Assembly (NCBI GenBank): GCA_965368165.1 | Contig: CBDULT010000006.1 | Location: 23,385-87,384, forward strand | Length of the DNA stretch: 64,000 bases | From: an uncultured Thalassospiraceae bacterium | GTDB lineage: Bacteria > Pseudomonadota > Alphaproteobacteria > Rhodospirillales > JAPHRK01 | Direction: 5' to 3' | Translations under genes and position numbers: made by a program | Shown: one piece after another, positions 51,705 to 59,576 of the stretch | Position numbering within the stretch: position 1 is the stretch's first letter | Layout: every line of letters begins with the position of its first letter | The notes under the pieces: generated by a model | Told to the model about the DNA's origin: nothing | Seen by the model: the letters and a program-made list of their open reading frames with translations, nothing else | Databases searched by the model: none

Positions 51705-51737
51705 AAAAACGCTGCTCTAAATGGGCAGCGTTTTTTT
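51705..51737. terminator. Bidirectional terminator after trpS
   Basis: AAAAACGCTGCTC-TAAAT-GGGCAGCGTTTTTTT. Confidence 0.85.
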
Positions 51738-51867
51738 ATTCAGCCGCTGGTATAACGGATTGAGGGCGTTCTTTGTCTTCAAAGAACTCATCAAGCATAG
51801 ACTTGATATTGGTGATAATCTCTTCAAGTTCTAGATCATCAAACTGATCGTCAATTTTGTTTTCCAC
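51736..51867 (-). CDS. Small acidic hypothetical protein (43 aa)
   Basis: GTG start at 51867 with GGGAGG SD about 8 nt upstream; stop abuts the terminator. Confidence 0.55.
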   Translation of the reverse strand: MENKIDDQFDDLELEEIITNIKSMLDEFFEDKERPQSVIPAAE

Positions 51868-51983
51868 CCGATTTTCCTCCCTTAGAAGATTCCTTATAGG
51901 CGTCTTGTGTAGTGTGTAAACTACTATAAAGGGTTCTAGGCCGAACCCCCCATATGGGGGGTAATTCATGTTTATTATATTTC

Positions 51984-53228
51984 TCAGGCTTTGCAGGGAA
52001 GAAGGACGGAAAATTTGCTCCCGACGCCCTCGGTGCTTTCGACAGTTAGGGTGCCCCGATGGCGGTTGATGATGTGTTTGACGATGGCGAGGCCTAGGCC
52101 AGTTCCGCCTAAATTCCGTGACCGCGCTTTATCGACACGATAGAACCGTTCCGTCAACCGCACTAGTTGATCTTTTGCAATTCCATCACCTTGATCTTCC
52201 ACAGTCACCCGAACTCCTTTGCCGGGGCTTTTAGGCAGGGGGATATTGTCTTCTGCCGTGATGGTCACAGCGGTTCCTGTTTTTCCATAGCTTAAGGCAT
52301 TGGCAATCAGATTCATAAAGACTTGGGTGACCTCATCAGCGTCACCAATAATGGGGGATAACTGATCTGGCACCCTTACCACTATGGAAATGTTTTTGTC
52401 TGCAGATTGCTTATCCAGAGCATCAACGACACTTTCTATTATCGTTTCGAGGTCAACCTTATCGTTGGGCTGGACATGTTCATTGACCTCAATTTTTGAA
52501 AGGGACAGCAGGTCTTCTATCAAACGGCTCATGCGTCCGGCTTCGGCTGACATAATGGCTAAGAACCGACCCTGGGCTTCTGGGTCTTGGCTGGCTTCCC
52601 CTTGCAGCGTTTCGATAAAACCGACCAAGGAAGAGAGGGGGGTGCGAAGTTCATGGCTGACATTGGCAACGAAGTCGGCCCGTAAATTTTCTGCGGCTTT
52701 AACGGTGGTCAGGTCATGTAAGGTCAGGAGGGCATTCCCTATTTCCCCTTGAGGGTCAGCAACAGGGACCACGTTGACCAGATAAGATCGTTCTATAGCC
52801 CCGGGTAATGAGACATCAAAAGATGTCTCTGAGCCTTCGCTTAGGGTATCGGCAACGGCTGAGAGAACCTCTGGGTGACGAATGGCATAGCCCAGGTCTT
52901 GTGATTCCATGATGCCGTCAAACTCCTTTTTGGCGGCTTTGTTGGCAAGTTTAATTTTCCGTTGGCTGTCCAGGAGCAAGACGGGGATCGGGATAGATTC
53001 TAACAGATGGGTATCTAAGCTAGGGTGAGTATTTTGTGTTGCCCTAATTTTCAATTGCCGAGGTTGCTTTAGCTCTTGCCTAAGCCATATCCCACCGGCT
53101 AAAAAACCGATCCCAAGCATAAGGGCCGGGCCGTGATCAATAAGACCTGACATTGAAAAGGCAAACAGGATAAGCAATCCCGGTGTCAGGGCAATGACAA
53201 TGGTTTTTGTATGATCGCCCATCGTCAA
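51984..53228 (-). CDS. phoR: PhoR-like sensor histidine kinase (TM-PAS-HisKA-HATPase)
   Basis: RADFVANVSHELRTPL, RLTERFYRVDKARSR..GGTGLGLAIVKH. Confidence 0.85.
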   Translation of the reverse strand: MTMGDHTKTIVIALTPGLLILFAFSMSGLIDHGPALMLGIGFLAGGIWLRQELKQPRQLKIRATQNTHPSLDTHLLESIPIPVLLLDSQRKIKLANKAAKKEFDGIMESQDLGYAIRHPEVLSAVADTLSEGSETSFDVSLPGAIERSYLVNVVPVADPQGEIGNALLTLHDLTTVKAAENLRADFVANVSHELRTPLSSLVGFIETLQGEASQDPEAQGRFLAIMSAEAGRMSRLIEDLLSLSKIEVNEHVQPNDKVDLETIIESVVDALDKQSADKNISIVVRVPDQLSPIIGDADEVTQVFMNLIANALSYGKTGTAVTITAEDNIPLPKSPGKGVRVTVEDQGDGIAKDQLVRLTERFYRVDKARSRNLGGTGLGLAIVKHIINRHRGTLTVESTEGVGSKFSVLLPCKA

Positions 53229-53237
53229 AACTACTCC

Positions 53238-54086
53238 TTAAGGTGCCCGCTTGACGAGCCGTTTGGGAGCAAGAACATCAGCAAACTTGGCGTCTGTTTT
53301 GGTCATGTTCGCTTTAGCAGCCTCCATGATATCGGCAGACATCAACATACCAGCATTCCACAGAGCAATTTGGTTGAGAGATTCGTCCACTGAATGATCG
53401 CGGCTGTAATTGATCACCTCTTTGCTGCCCACCACTGACAAAGGAGATTTTGAGGCAATCAATGCGGCAGTTTCCATCACTTTTTCCAACATCTCTTCCT
53501 GAGTTTTAAACAGGTCATTGACCAACCCGCATTCTTTCGCTTCCTCGGCATACATACGTCGCCCTGTGTAAGCGAGTTCCTTAACTTTACCCAAACCGAT
53601 CAGGGTAGGCAGGCGTTGGAGGGTTCCAACATCTGCAACCATGCCAATGTTGATCTCTTGGATAACAACAAAAGCATTTTCGGTACAGTAACGCATATCA
53701 CAGGCGGTGGCTAAATCGACACCTCCGCCGATGCAGCCGCCTTGGATGGCGGCAAGAACAGGCAGTCGGCATTTTTCGATGACCGTAAAGGTCTCTTGCA
53801 TTTCTTTAACGGTACGGTAGAGCTGTTCCCGTTTACGTCCGGGGTCCCCTTCTGCCATGTCCTGTAAAATACCCGCGAAGGCATTGAGGTCGAGTCCAGC
53901 AGTGAAGTGTTTCCCTTGAGAAGAAATAACCACAACCCGAGCTTCTGCTATATCAGATATTTCCGCAAAGACATCTACCATCTCCTGCCAGAATTCCATA
54001 ATCATGGTATTGAATTCTTTAGGGCGGCAAAGTTGAATGTGGGCGATGTGATTGCTAACGTCGAGGGCCAGAGTTTTATAAGGCAT
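53238..54086 (-). CDS. Crotonase family protein (dienoyl-CoA isomerase-like)
   Basis: HFTAGLDL, GGCIGGGVDL, DVGTLQRLP; start set to MPYKT. Confidence 0.9.
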   Translation of the reverse strand: MPYKTLALDVSNHIAHIQLCRPKEFNTMIMEFWQEMVDVFAEISDIAEARVVVISSQGKHFTAGLDLNAFAGILQDMAEGDPGRKREQLYRTVKEMQETFTVIEKCRLPVLAAIQGGCIGGGVDLATACDMRYCTENAFVVIQEINIGMVADVGTLQRLPTLIGLGKVKELAYTGRRMYAEEAKECGLVNDLFKTQEEMLEKVMETAALIASKSPLSVVGSKEVINYSRDHSVDESLNQIALWNAGMLMSADIMEAAKANMTKTDAKFADVLAPKRLVKRAP

Positions 54087-54165
54087 TCTTCTCTCCAAAG
54101 TGATTTGGAGAGAGGCTAGAACATATCAAGTTTTAAGGAAATCTTTTAATTACAGGCGTTGCTTA

Positions 54166-54220
54166 CAAGGCCACGATTGTGGCCCGCCAATGGTTTAGCG
54201 TAAGCGTTTGAACGTATTAA
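54166..54220 (-). repeat. Intergenic hairpin repeat, copy B (subtype 1)
   Basis: TTAATACGTTCAAACGCTTA-CGCTAA acca TTGGCG-GGCCAC aatc GTGGCC-TTG. Confidence 0.85.
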
Positions 54221-54228
54221 TTTAGAAG

Positions 54229-55080
54229 CTAGGCGATATCTAAACCTACGTCCAGTGTTGGTGCGCTATGAGTGAGCCAGCCGACAGAAATTACATCGAC
54301 ACCGGATTCAGCAATGGCTTTTGCCGTCTTGATGTTGACCCGACCAGAAGCTTCGGTAATGGCGCGACCATCAATCAGGGCGACGGCTTTTTTCAAAGTT
54401 GTGGGCGTCATATTATCAAGTAACACCACATCAACCCCTTCCTCTAAAACCTCTTTAAGTTGGGCCAAGGTATCGACTTCCACTTCCACTTTAACCATAT
54501 GGCCTAAACCGTTTTTAGCAGCTTGAATGGCTTGTTTGACGCCTCCGGCGACAGCAATATGATTGTCTTTGATCAGGATGCCATCATCAAGACCGAAGCG
54601 ATGGTTGGTCCCCCCGCCAGCCCGCACGGCGTATTTCTCAAAGGCCCGGAGGCCCGGCGTGGTTTTACGGGTGCAGGTTATTTGGGCTTTGGTTCCGGCA
54701 ACGGTATCGACAATCTCTTGGGTCGCCGTGGCGATCCCGGAAAGGTGACCGACATAATTTAGGGCCACCCGCTCGGCTGTCAGAACAGCCCGCGCCTTGC
54801 CTTTAATGGACATCAAAATGTCGCCTGGTTTGACTTGGCTGCCATCACGACGTAGCCGTTTTATTTTGACCTTAGGGTCGAGTTGTCTAAAGGCTGCCGC
54901 AGCAAAGTCCAGCCCAGCGACGCAACCTTTTTGGCGGGCAACAATATCGGCTGCCATTATGGCACTTTTAGGGATCACGCTGTCGGTGGTGATATCCCCG
55001 GCGCGCCCCAAGTCTTCAAACAAGGCTTCTTTAACCGCTTGCTCGACGCTCATGGGGAGCAATTTTACCAGTTTTCTCAT
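54229..55080 (-). CDS. nadC: Quinolinate phosphoribosyltransferase
   Basis: AERVALN, TRKTTPG, NHRFGLDD, IKDNH, EVEVD, LLDNM, LTHSA. Confidence 0.98.
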   Translation of the reverse strand: MRKLVKLLPMSVEQAVKEALFEDLGRAGDITTDSVIPKSAIMAADIVARQKGCVAGLDFAAAAFRQLDPKVKIKRLRRDGSQVKPGDILMSIKGKARAVLTAERVALNYVGHLSGIATATQEIVDTVAGTKAQITCTRKTTPGLRAFEKYAVRAGGGTNHRFGLDDGILIKDNHIAVAGGVKQAIQAAKNGLGHMVKVEVEVDTLAQLKEVLEEGVDVVLLDNMTPTTLKKAVALIDGRAITEASGRVNIKTAKAIAESGVDVISVGWLTHSAPTLDVGLDIA

Positions 55081-56660
55081 GCTTGTTTCTTTCCATAGGG
55101 GCGTTCAGCCATATCAATTGCAGCAACTTTTCGATTGGCCTCTTCAAGGGTCAAGAAACTGCGTTTGGCAAAAGTTGTTTTGGTTTCGGGGAAATCGCTT
55201 CGGAAATGACCGCCACGGCTTTCTTGACGGTTGAGTGCCGCAATTCCGATCATCTTGAGCACGGTCGCTTGATTACGCAACCCCCCAAATGCCGGGAAAT
55301 TTGCTTCCAGACGAACGATTTCCCGTAGGGCGAGCTTCATGGTCTTTTCTTCACGGATCAAACCGAAAGCATCATAGGCGAGTTGGCGCATTTTCTGGGC
55401 CCAATATTGCCCATTAAGAGGTGCCTTAGATTTTGAATTACGCTCGATCGTTGCTAAGTTTTCCGGACTGTTGGTGCTTAAAACGGCCTGGGCCGTGCGC
55501 GGGGCAAAGACAATCGCTTCCAAGAGCGAATTACTCGCCAGCCGATTAGCCCCGTGGATACCTGTCGAAGCCACTTCACCACAAGCCCAAAGACCGGGCA
55601 GGCTGGTTCGTCCATCTTCATCCACATGGATGCCGCCCATATGGTAGTGGGCGGCAGGTACGATTGGAATGGGGGCGTTGGTGGGATCAATTCCTGCCTG
55701 CTGGCAATAAGCAAATACCGTTGGGAAGCCTTTAGCAAATCCTTTGCCAATAGCCTTACGGCAATCAAGGAAAGTACGTTGCCCCATTTGCCTTTGTCGC
55801 CATATCGCGCGCGCCACCACATCCCGGGGGGCCAACTCCGTATCTTCATGAACGGCAGACATAAAACGAACACCGTTGCTATTGACAAGAATTGCCCCTT
55901 CACCGCGCAAAGCTTCCGTCGCTAGGGGCAAGGGGTCGCCGCCAATGTCGATGGCCGTGGGGTGAAACTGGACAAATTCCATATCAGCGAGCCGAGCCCC
56001 GGCACGAGCCGCCATGGCAAGTCCATCGCCCCGTGCTTCTAAGGGGTTGGTGGTATATTGATAAAGAGCCCCAAGCCCCCCCGTCGCCAGAACCACTGCC
56101 GAAGCTTCAATAGGGGTGACTTCGTTTCCTCTTTGAAGGAGAGCCCCGTGGACATGACCGTTGGTTACCAAAAGGTCGAGAGCCTCAGCACCTTCCAGGA
56201 TCTTAATGGCATCCGTCGCCAATACGGCTTTTTTTAAGGCGCGCATAATCTCAGCCCCGGTGGCATCCCCCCCCGCATGAAGGATGCGACGGCGGCTATG
56301 GGCGGCTTCTTGGCCGACAACCAATTGGCCTTGACCATCTGTATCAAAGCACACACCGAATTTTTGCAATTCCTCAATGGCTGAGGGGCCGTGCGAGGTG
56401 AGCAGGTTTATGGCTTGTCGTTCACCTAATTCGCCCGCTGTCCCTAAGGTGTCAGCAGAATGTAATGCGGGGGAATCATCCTCGCCAACGGCAGCGGCAA
56501 CCCCACCTTGAGCCAGGGCACTGGCGGCCCCTTCCCCAAGAGGGGCTTTAACAGCAAGAATAATTTTTGGCGTTGGTTTCGCTGCCGCAAGTTTTAGGGC
56601 TGTAATAAGCCCGGCGGCTCCGGCACCGATGATGAGGACCTGTGGAGTCACGGAAGTCAT
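55077..56660 (-). CDS. nadB: L-aspartate oxidase
   Basis: AQGGVAA, QFHPT, TEALRGEGA, ELAPRD, HYHMGG, HGANRLASNSLLE, ESRGGH. Confidence 0.97.
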   Translation of the reverse strand: MTSVTPQVLIIGAGAAGLITALKLAAAKPTPKIILAVKAPLGEGAASALAQGGVAAAVGEDDSPALHSADTLGTAGELGERQAINLLTSHGPSAIEELQKFGVCFDTDGQGQLVVGQEAAHSRRRILHAGGDATGAEIMRALKKAVLATDAIKILEGAEALDLLVTNGHVHGALLQRGNEVTPIEASAVVLATGGLGALYQYTTNPLEARGDGLAMAARAGARLADMEFVQFHPTAIDIGGDPLPLATEALRGEGAILVNSNGVRFMSAVHEDTELAPRDVVARAIWRQRQMGQRTFLDCRKAIGKGFAKGFPTVFAYCQQAGIDPTNAPIPIVPAAHYHMGGIHVDEDGRTSLPGLWACGEVASTGIHGANRLASNSLLEAIVFAPRTAQAVLSTNSPENLATIERNSKSKAPLNGQYWAQKMRQLAYDAFGLIREEKTMKLALREIVRLEANFPAFGGLRNQATVLKMIGIAALNRQESRGGHFRSDFPETKTTFAKRSFLTLEEANRKVAAIDMAERPYGKKQA

Positions 56661-56674
56661 GCTGCTAACTCCGC

Positions 56675-57700
56675 TTAACCCCGGCCAACGGCAAGCATGT
56701 TGTCTAAAGCTTTTTTGGCCTCAATTGCAACGGCTTCATCCACAGTCACCTCCACGGTCATATTGGTTAGTGAATCGATGATCTTGGGCAGGGTGATACG
56801 TTGCATATGCGGACAGAGGCTACAGGAGCGGATAAAGTTGGTTTCTGGATTGCCCGCCACCAAGTTATCACTCATGGAACATTCCGTAATTAGGGCGACC
56901 TGCTCTGGTTTGTTCTCAGTTACATAGTTCGCCATGCCAGAAGTGGAGCCAGAGAAGTCGGCTTTTTGCAGAACTTCCGGAGGGCACTCTGGGTGAGCCA
57001 GAACGGTGACGGCGGGGTAGGTGCGCCGTAAGTCTTCTACCTGTTGGGCAGAGAATTGTTCATGCACTTCACAGCGGCCAGGGAAGGTGATGATTTCAAC
57101 CTCAGTTTCAGCGGCAACGTTTTGGGCCAGAAATTCATCCGGAAACAACATTACTCGTTCGACACCGAGGGATTCAACCACTTGTTTGGCATTGGCTGAC
57201 GTGCAGGTAACGTCGGACACGGCCTTAACATCGGCCGAAGTGTTGACGTAGGTAACAACAGGGACGCCGGGATAGAGGGTGCGCATTTTGAGGATATCAT
57301 CGGCTGTGATCGATTCCGCCAAAGAACAGCCCGCGAGGGGGTCTGGAATAAGAACCGTCTTTGAGGGGTTCAAAATCTTGGTGGTTTCCGCCATGAAATG
57401 TACGCCTGCCAGGACAATGACATCGGCATCTACTTCGGTCGCCTTTTTTGCCAATGCGAGAGAGTCGCCGACAATATCTGACACGCAGTGGAAAATATCC
57501 CGGGTCTGATAGTTATGAGCCAGGATGATGGCGTTACGCTCTTTTTTAAGGCGTTCGATTTCATCCACGTAAGGGGCAAGATGAACCCATTCGTCGTCGC
57601 TAAATACGTTCTTTACCCGCTGGTAAATGGGGGCGGTGCGCTCAGCAACCTCAGTGGTAAAGTCGGGGTTTGCCTGAGCGGCTTGCGGCATGGCAATCAT
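56675..57700 (-). CDS. nadA: Quinolinate synthase
   Basis: LAHNYQ, GVHFMAET, AGCSLA, YVNTSA, CEVH, HPEC, CPHM. Confidence 0.98.
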   Translation of the reverse strand: MIAMPQAAQANPDFTTEVAERTAPIYQRVKNVFSDDEWVHLAPYVDEIERLKKERNAIILAHNYQTRDIFHCVSDIVGDSLALAKKATEVDADVIVLAGVHFMAETTKILNPSKTVLIPDPLAGCSLAESITADDILKMRTLYPGVPVVTYVNTSADVKAVSDVTCTSANAKQVVESLGVERVMLFPDEFLAQNVAAETEVEIITFPGRCEVHEQFSAQQVEDLRRTYPAVTVLAHPECPPEVLQKADFSGSTSGMANYVTENKPEQVALITECSMSDNLVAGNPETNFIRSCSLCPHMQRITLPKIIDSLTNMTVEVTVDEAVAIEAKKALDNMLAVGRG

Positions 57701-57710
57701 CTAAATTCCC

Positions 57711-57731
57711 TTATGCTCAAAACGAGCATAT
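57711..57731. promoter_or_regulatory. NadQ-type operator upstream of nadABC
   Basis: TTATGCTCAAAACGAGCATAT matches the ttATGCTC-N5-GAGCATaa palindrome; 10 bp upstream of the nadA start. Confidence 0.8.
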
Positions 57732-57891
57732 GTCGTTGCAAAAAATCAGGCACTAAAGCACCTGCACCGTTAAGATAGGAGTGCCCCTGGGGAGAGTCAA
57801 GAAAATCAAGAAAACTCTAATATTCAAATCCATGATTGACCTCAGGAAATTATCTTTTTTAAGCTTTACAGGGCTTGGTCAGAGACCCTTA

Positions 57892-58851
57892 ATGCTTGAT
57901 ATGATTATAACCCTTCCCTTGGCACTGATTGTTGCCATTTCTCTTGCTGCACTTGCCCCTGAACCTGGGGCAAGTCTCTTACAGGCTGGCTTCGCTCCAT
58001 GGTTAGTGGCGTTGATTTTTTTGGTTAATGGCTATCAAACTGATTTGAAACGTCGTCCGGCTGGGAAAGCCTTGGGGGCAGCAACCGGGTTGATGGTGGT
58101 GATCAACCTGATGGTTGGGCCCCTGCTTGGGATGGCAACAGTTATGGTTTTGGGTCTTGAAGGGGGAATAGCACTTGGGTTGATTGTCATGGCAACGGTT
58201 CCTCCAACCCTGTCATCGGGTATTATTTTAACCCTTATTGCCAAGGGAGATGGGCTTTGGGCTTTGCTGTTCACCGTTGCCCTCAATATTTTCGGCATCA
58301 TCACTATTCCTTTGATTTTGCCCCTGGTGGCCTCCTTAAGTGAAGGCGTGATAATCGATCCTTGGCCCCTTTTTGAGAAGCTTGTTCTGCTGGTGCTCAT
58401 CCCTTTTTTGGCGGGGCAACTATTACAGAAATTTTTTGGGGAGGGCCGCTTTAGCTCAGTGACTAAGTATATCCCGACGGCCTGTATAACCATAACAGTC
58501 TGGTTGATCATGTCCAACACTGTGAATGGATTTGAAGAAGGGAGTCTCTTCCCTCTTGGCTCCCTGGCTTTGGCTGGGATTGGCGGCTTTATCATTCATG
58601 GAATTTTGTTTGGCCTTTGCCTTGGCGGTGCCAAGAGTTTGAAGCTTCCCTCAAAGGCTGTGAGTGCTTTTGCTTTTACGGGAAGCCAAAAAACCCTTCC
58701 TGTCGCGATTAGTATTTTGGCAACTTTGCCTATGGGAACTGGAAATGCCGTTTTGGCCTGTATCCTCTTCCATTTTATTCAGATTTTTCTCGACAGTTGG
58801 ATTGCCGGGCATTGGGGCAAAGACGGAAAGACCCTAAAAAGAAGGAATTAA
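57892..58851 (+). CDS. Bile acid:sodium symporter (BASS/SBF-like) family transporter
   Basis: Multiple TM helices, VPPTLSSG and GSQKTLPV motifs; start uncertain. Confidence 0.85.
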   Translation: MLDMIITLPLALIVAISLAALAPEPGASLLQAGFAPWLVALIFLVNGYQTDLKRRPAGKALGAATGLMVVINLMVGPLLGMATVMVLGLEGGIALGLIVMATVPPTLSSGIILTLIAKGDGLWALLFTVALNIFGIITIPLILPLVASLSEGVIIDPWPLFEKLVLLVLIPFLAGQLLQKFFGEGRFSSVTKYIPTACITITVWLIMSNTVNGFEEGSLFPLGSLALAGIGGFIIHGILFGLCLGGAKSLKLPSKAVSAFAFTGSQKTLPVAISILATLPMGTGNAVLACILFHFIQIFLDSWIAGHWGKDGKTLKRRN

Positions 58852-58860
58852 GGTCCCAAT

Positions 58861-58894
58861 AAAAATGGGCACGTTTGTTAAAGACGCGCCCATT
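58861..58894. terminator. Terminator between the convergent symporter and ibpA
   Basis: AATGGGC.CGTTT-GTTA-AAGACG.GCCCATT with flanking A/T runs. Confidence 0.7.
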
Positions 58895-58924
58895 CTAGTT
58901 TTTTGCTAAAGAGAACTCAGAGGC

Positions 58925-59398
58925 TTAAGCCGCTTTCTTTTTGGTGTTATCTTCGATCACTGTTGCTTTAGGGGCAGTCGAAGAAATCTTGATCTGACGT
59001 GGTTTGAGTTCTTCAGGAACGACTCGCTCCAGGTCCACATTCAGAAGGCCATTTGTCAGGTTGGCTCCCTTTACTTCGATATGATCAGCGAGTTGGAAGC
59101 GGCGTTCAAATGAACGTCCAGCTATGCCGTGATGCAGATAAGTCTTAGCTGATTGATCACGCTCGTTTTTGCCCGTTACCGTGAGGGTGTTTTCCTTAAT
59201 AACAATATCGATCTCATCTTCGCCAAAACCTGCGACCGCCATGGTGATACGGTAAGCAGTCTCGGAGAGAGCCTCAATGTTGTAGGGCGGATAGGAGACC
59301 GATGCATCGTCTAAACGAGAGGCTGAATCCAACATATCCTGGATGCGATCAAAGCCGATGGTTGACCGGAAAAGGGGGGTGAAATCTAAAGTACGCAT
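58925..59398 (-). CDS. ibpA: Small heat shock protein IbpA/Hsp20
   Basis: MRTLDFTPLFRSTIGFD, YPPYNIE, AVAGF, GIAGRSFERRFQLA, NGLL, PEELKPR. Confidence 0.96.
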   Translation of the reverse strand: MRTLDFTPLFRSTIGFDRIQDMLDSASRLDDASVSYPPYNIEALSETAYRITMAVAGFGEDEIDIVIKENTLTVTGKNERDQSAKTYLHHGIAGRSFERRFQLADHIEVKGANLTNGLLNVDLERVVPEELKPRQIKISSTAPKATVIEDNTKKKAA

Positions 59399-59485
59399 AG
59401 CCATATTCTCCTTTATGAGCAACATGGAGTTAAAGCTCTAACCACGTGGTTAGGAGCCATGGGGCCACCACCATGGTCGACCCCG
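59399..59485 (-). ncRNA. ROSE-type RNA thermometer in the ibpA 5' UTR
   Basis: CCAUGUU-G-CUC auaaag GAG-AAUAUGG: UUGCU motif with a bulged G pairs over the SD; two further hairpins upstream. Confidence 0.85.
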
Positions 59486-59540
59486 AACAATGTGACGGTT
59501 AAAACCCAAAAATAGGCATTTCAACTTATCGTCAAAACTG

Positions 59541-59568
59541 ATTTAGTCGGGAGAAGGGGTTATGCAAG
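59541..59568 (-). promoter_or_regulatory. Putative RpoH (sigma32) promoter of ibpA
   Basis: CTTGCA-16 nt-CTAAAT on the minus strand upstream of the ROSE element. Confidence 0.5.
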
Positions 59569-59576
59569 AGGGAGGA

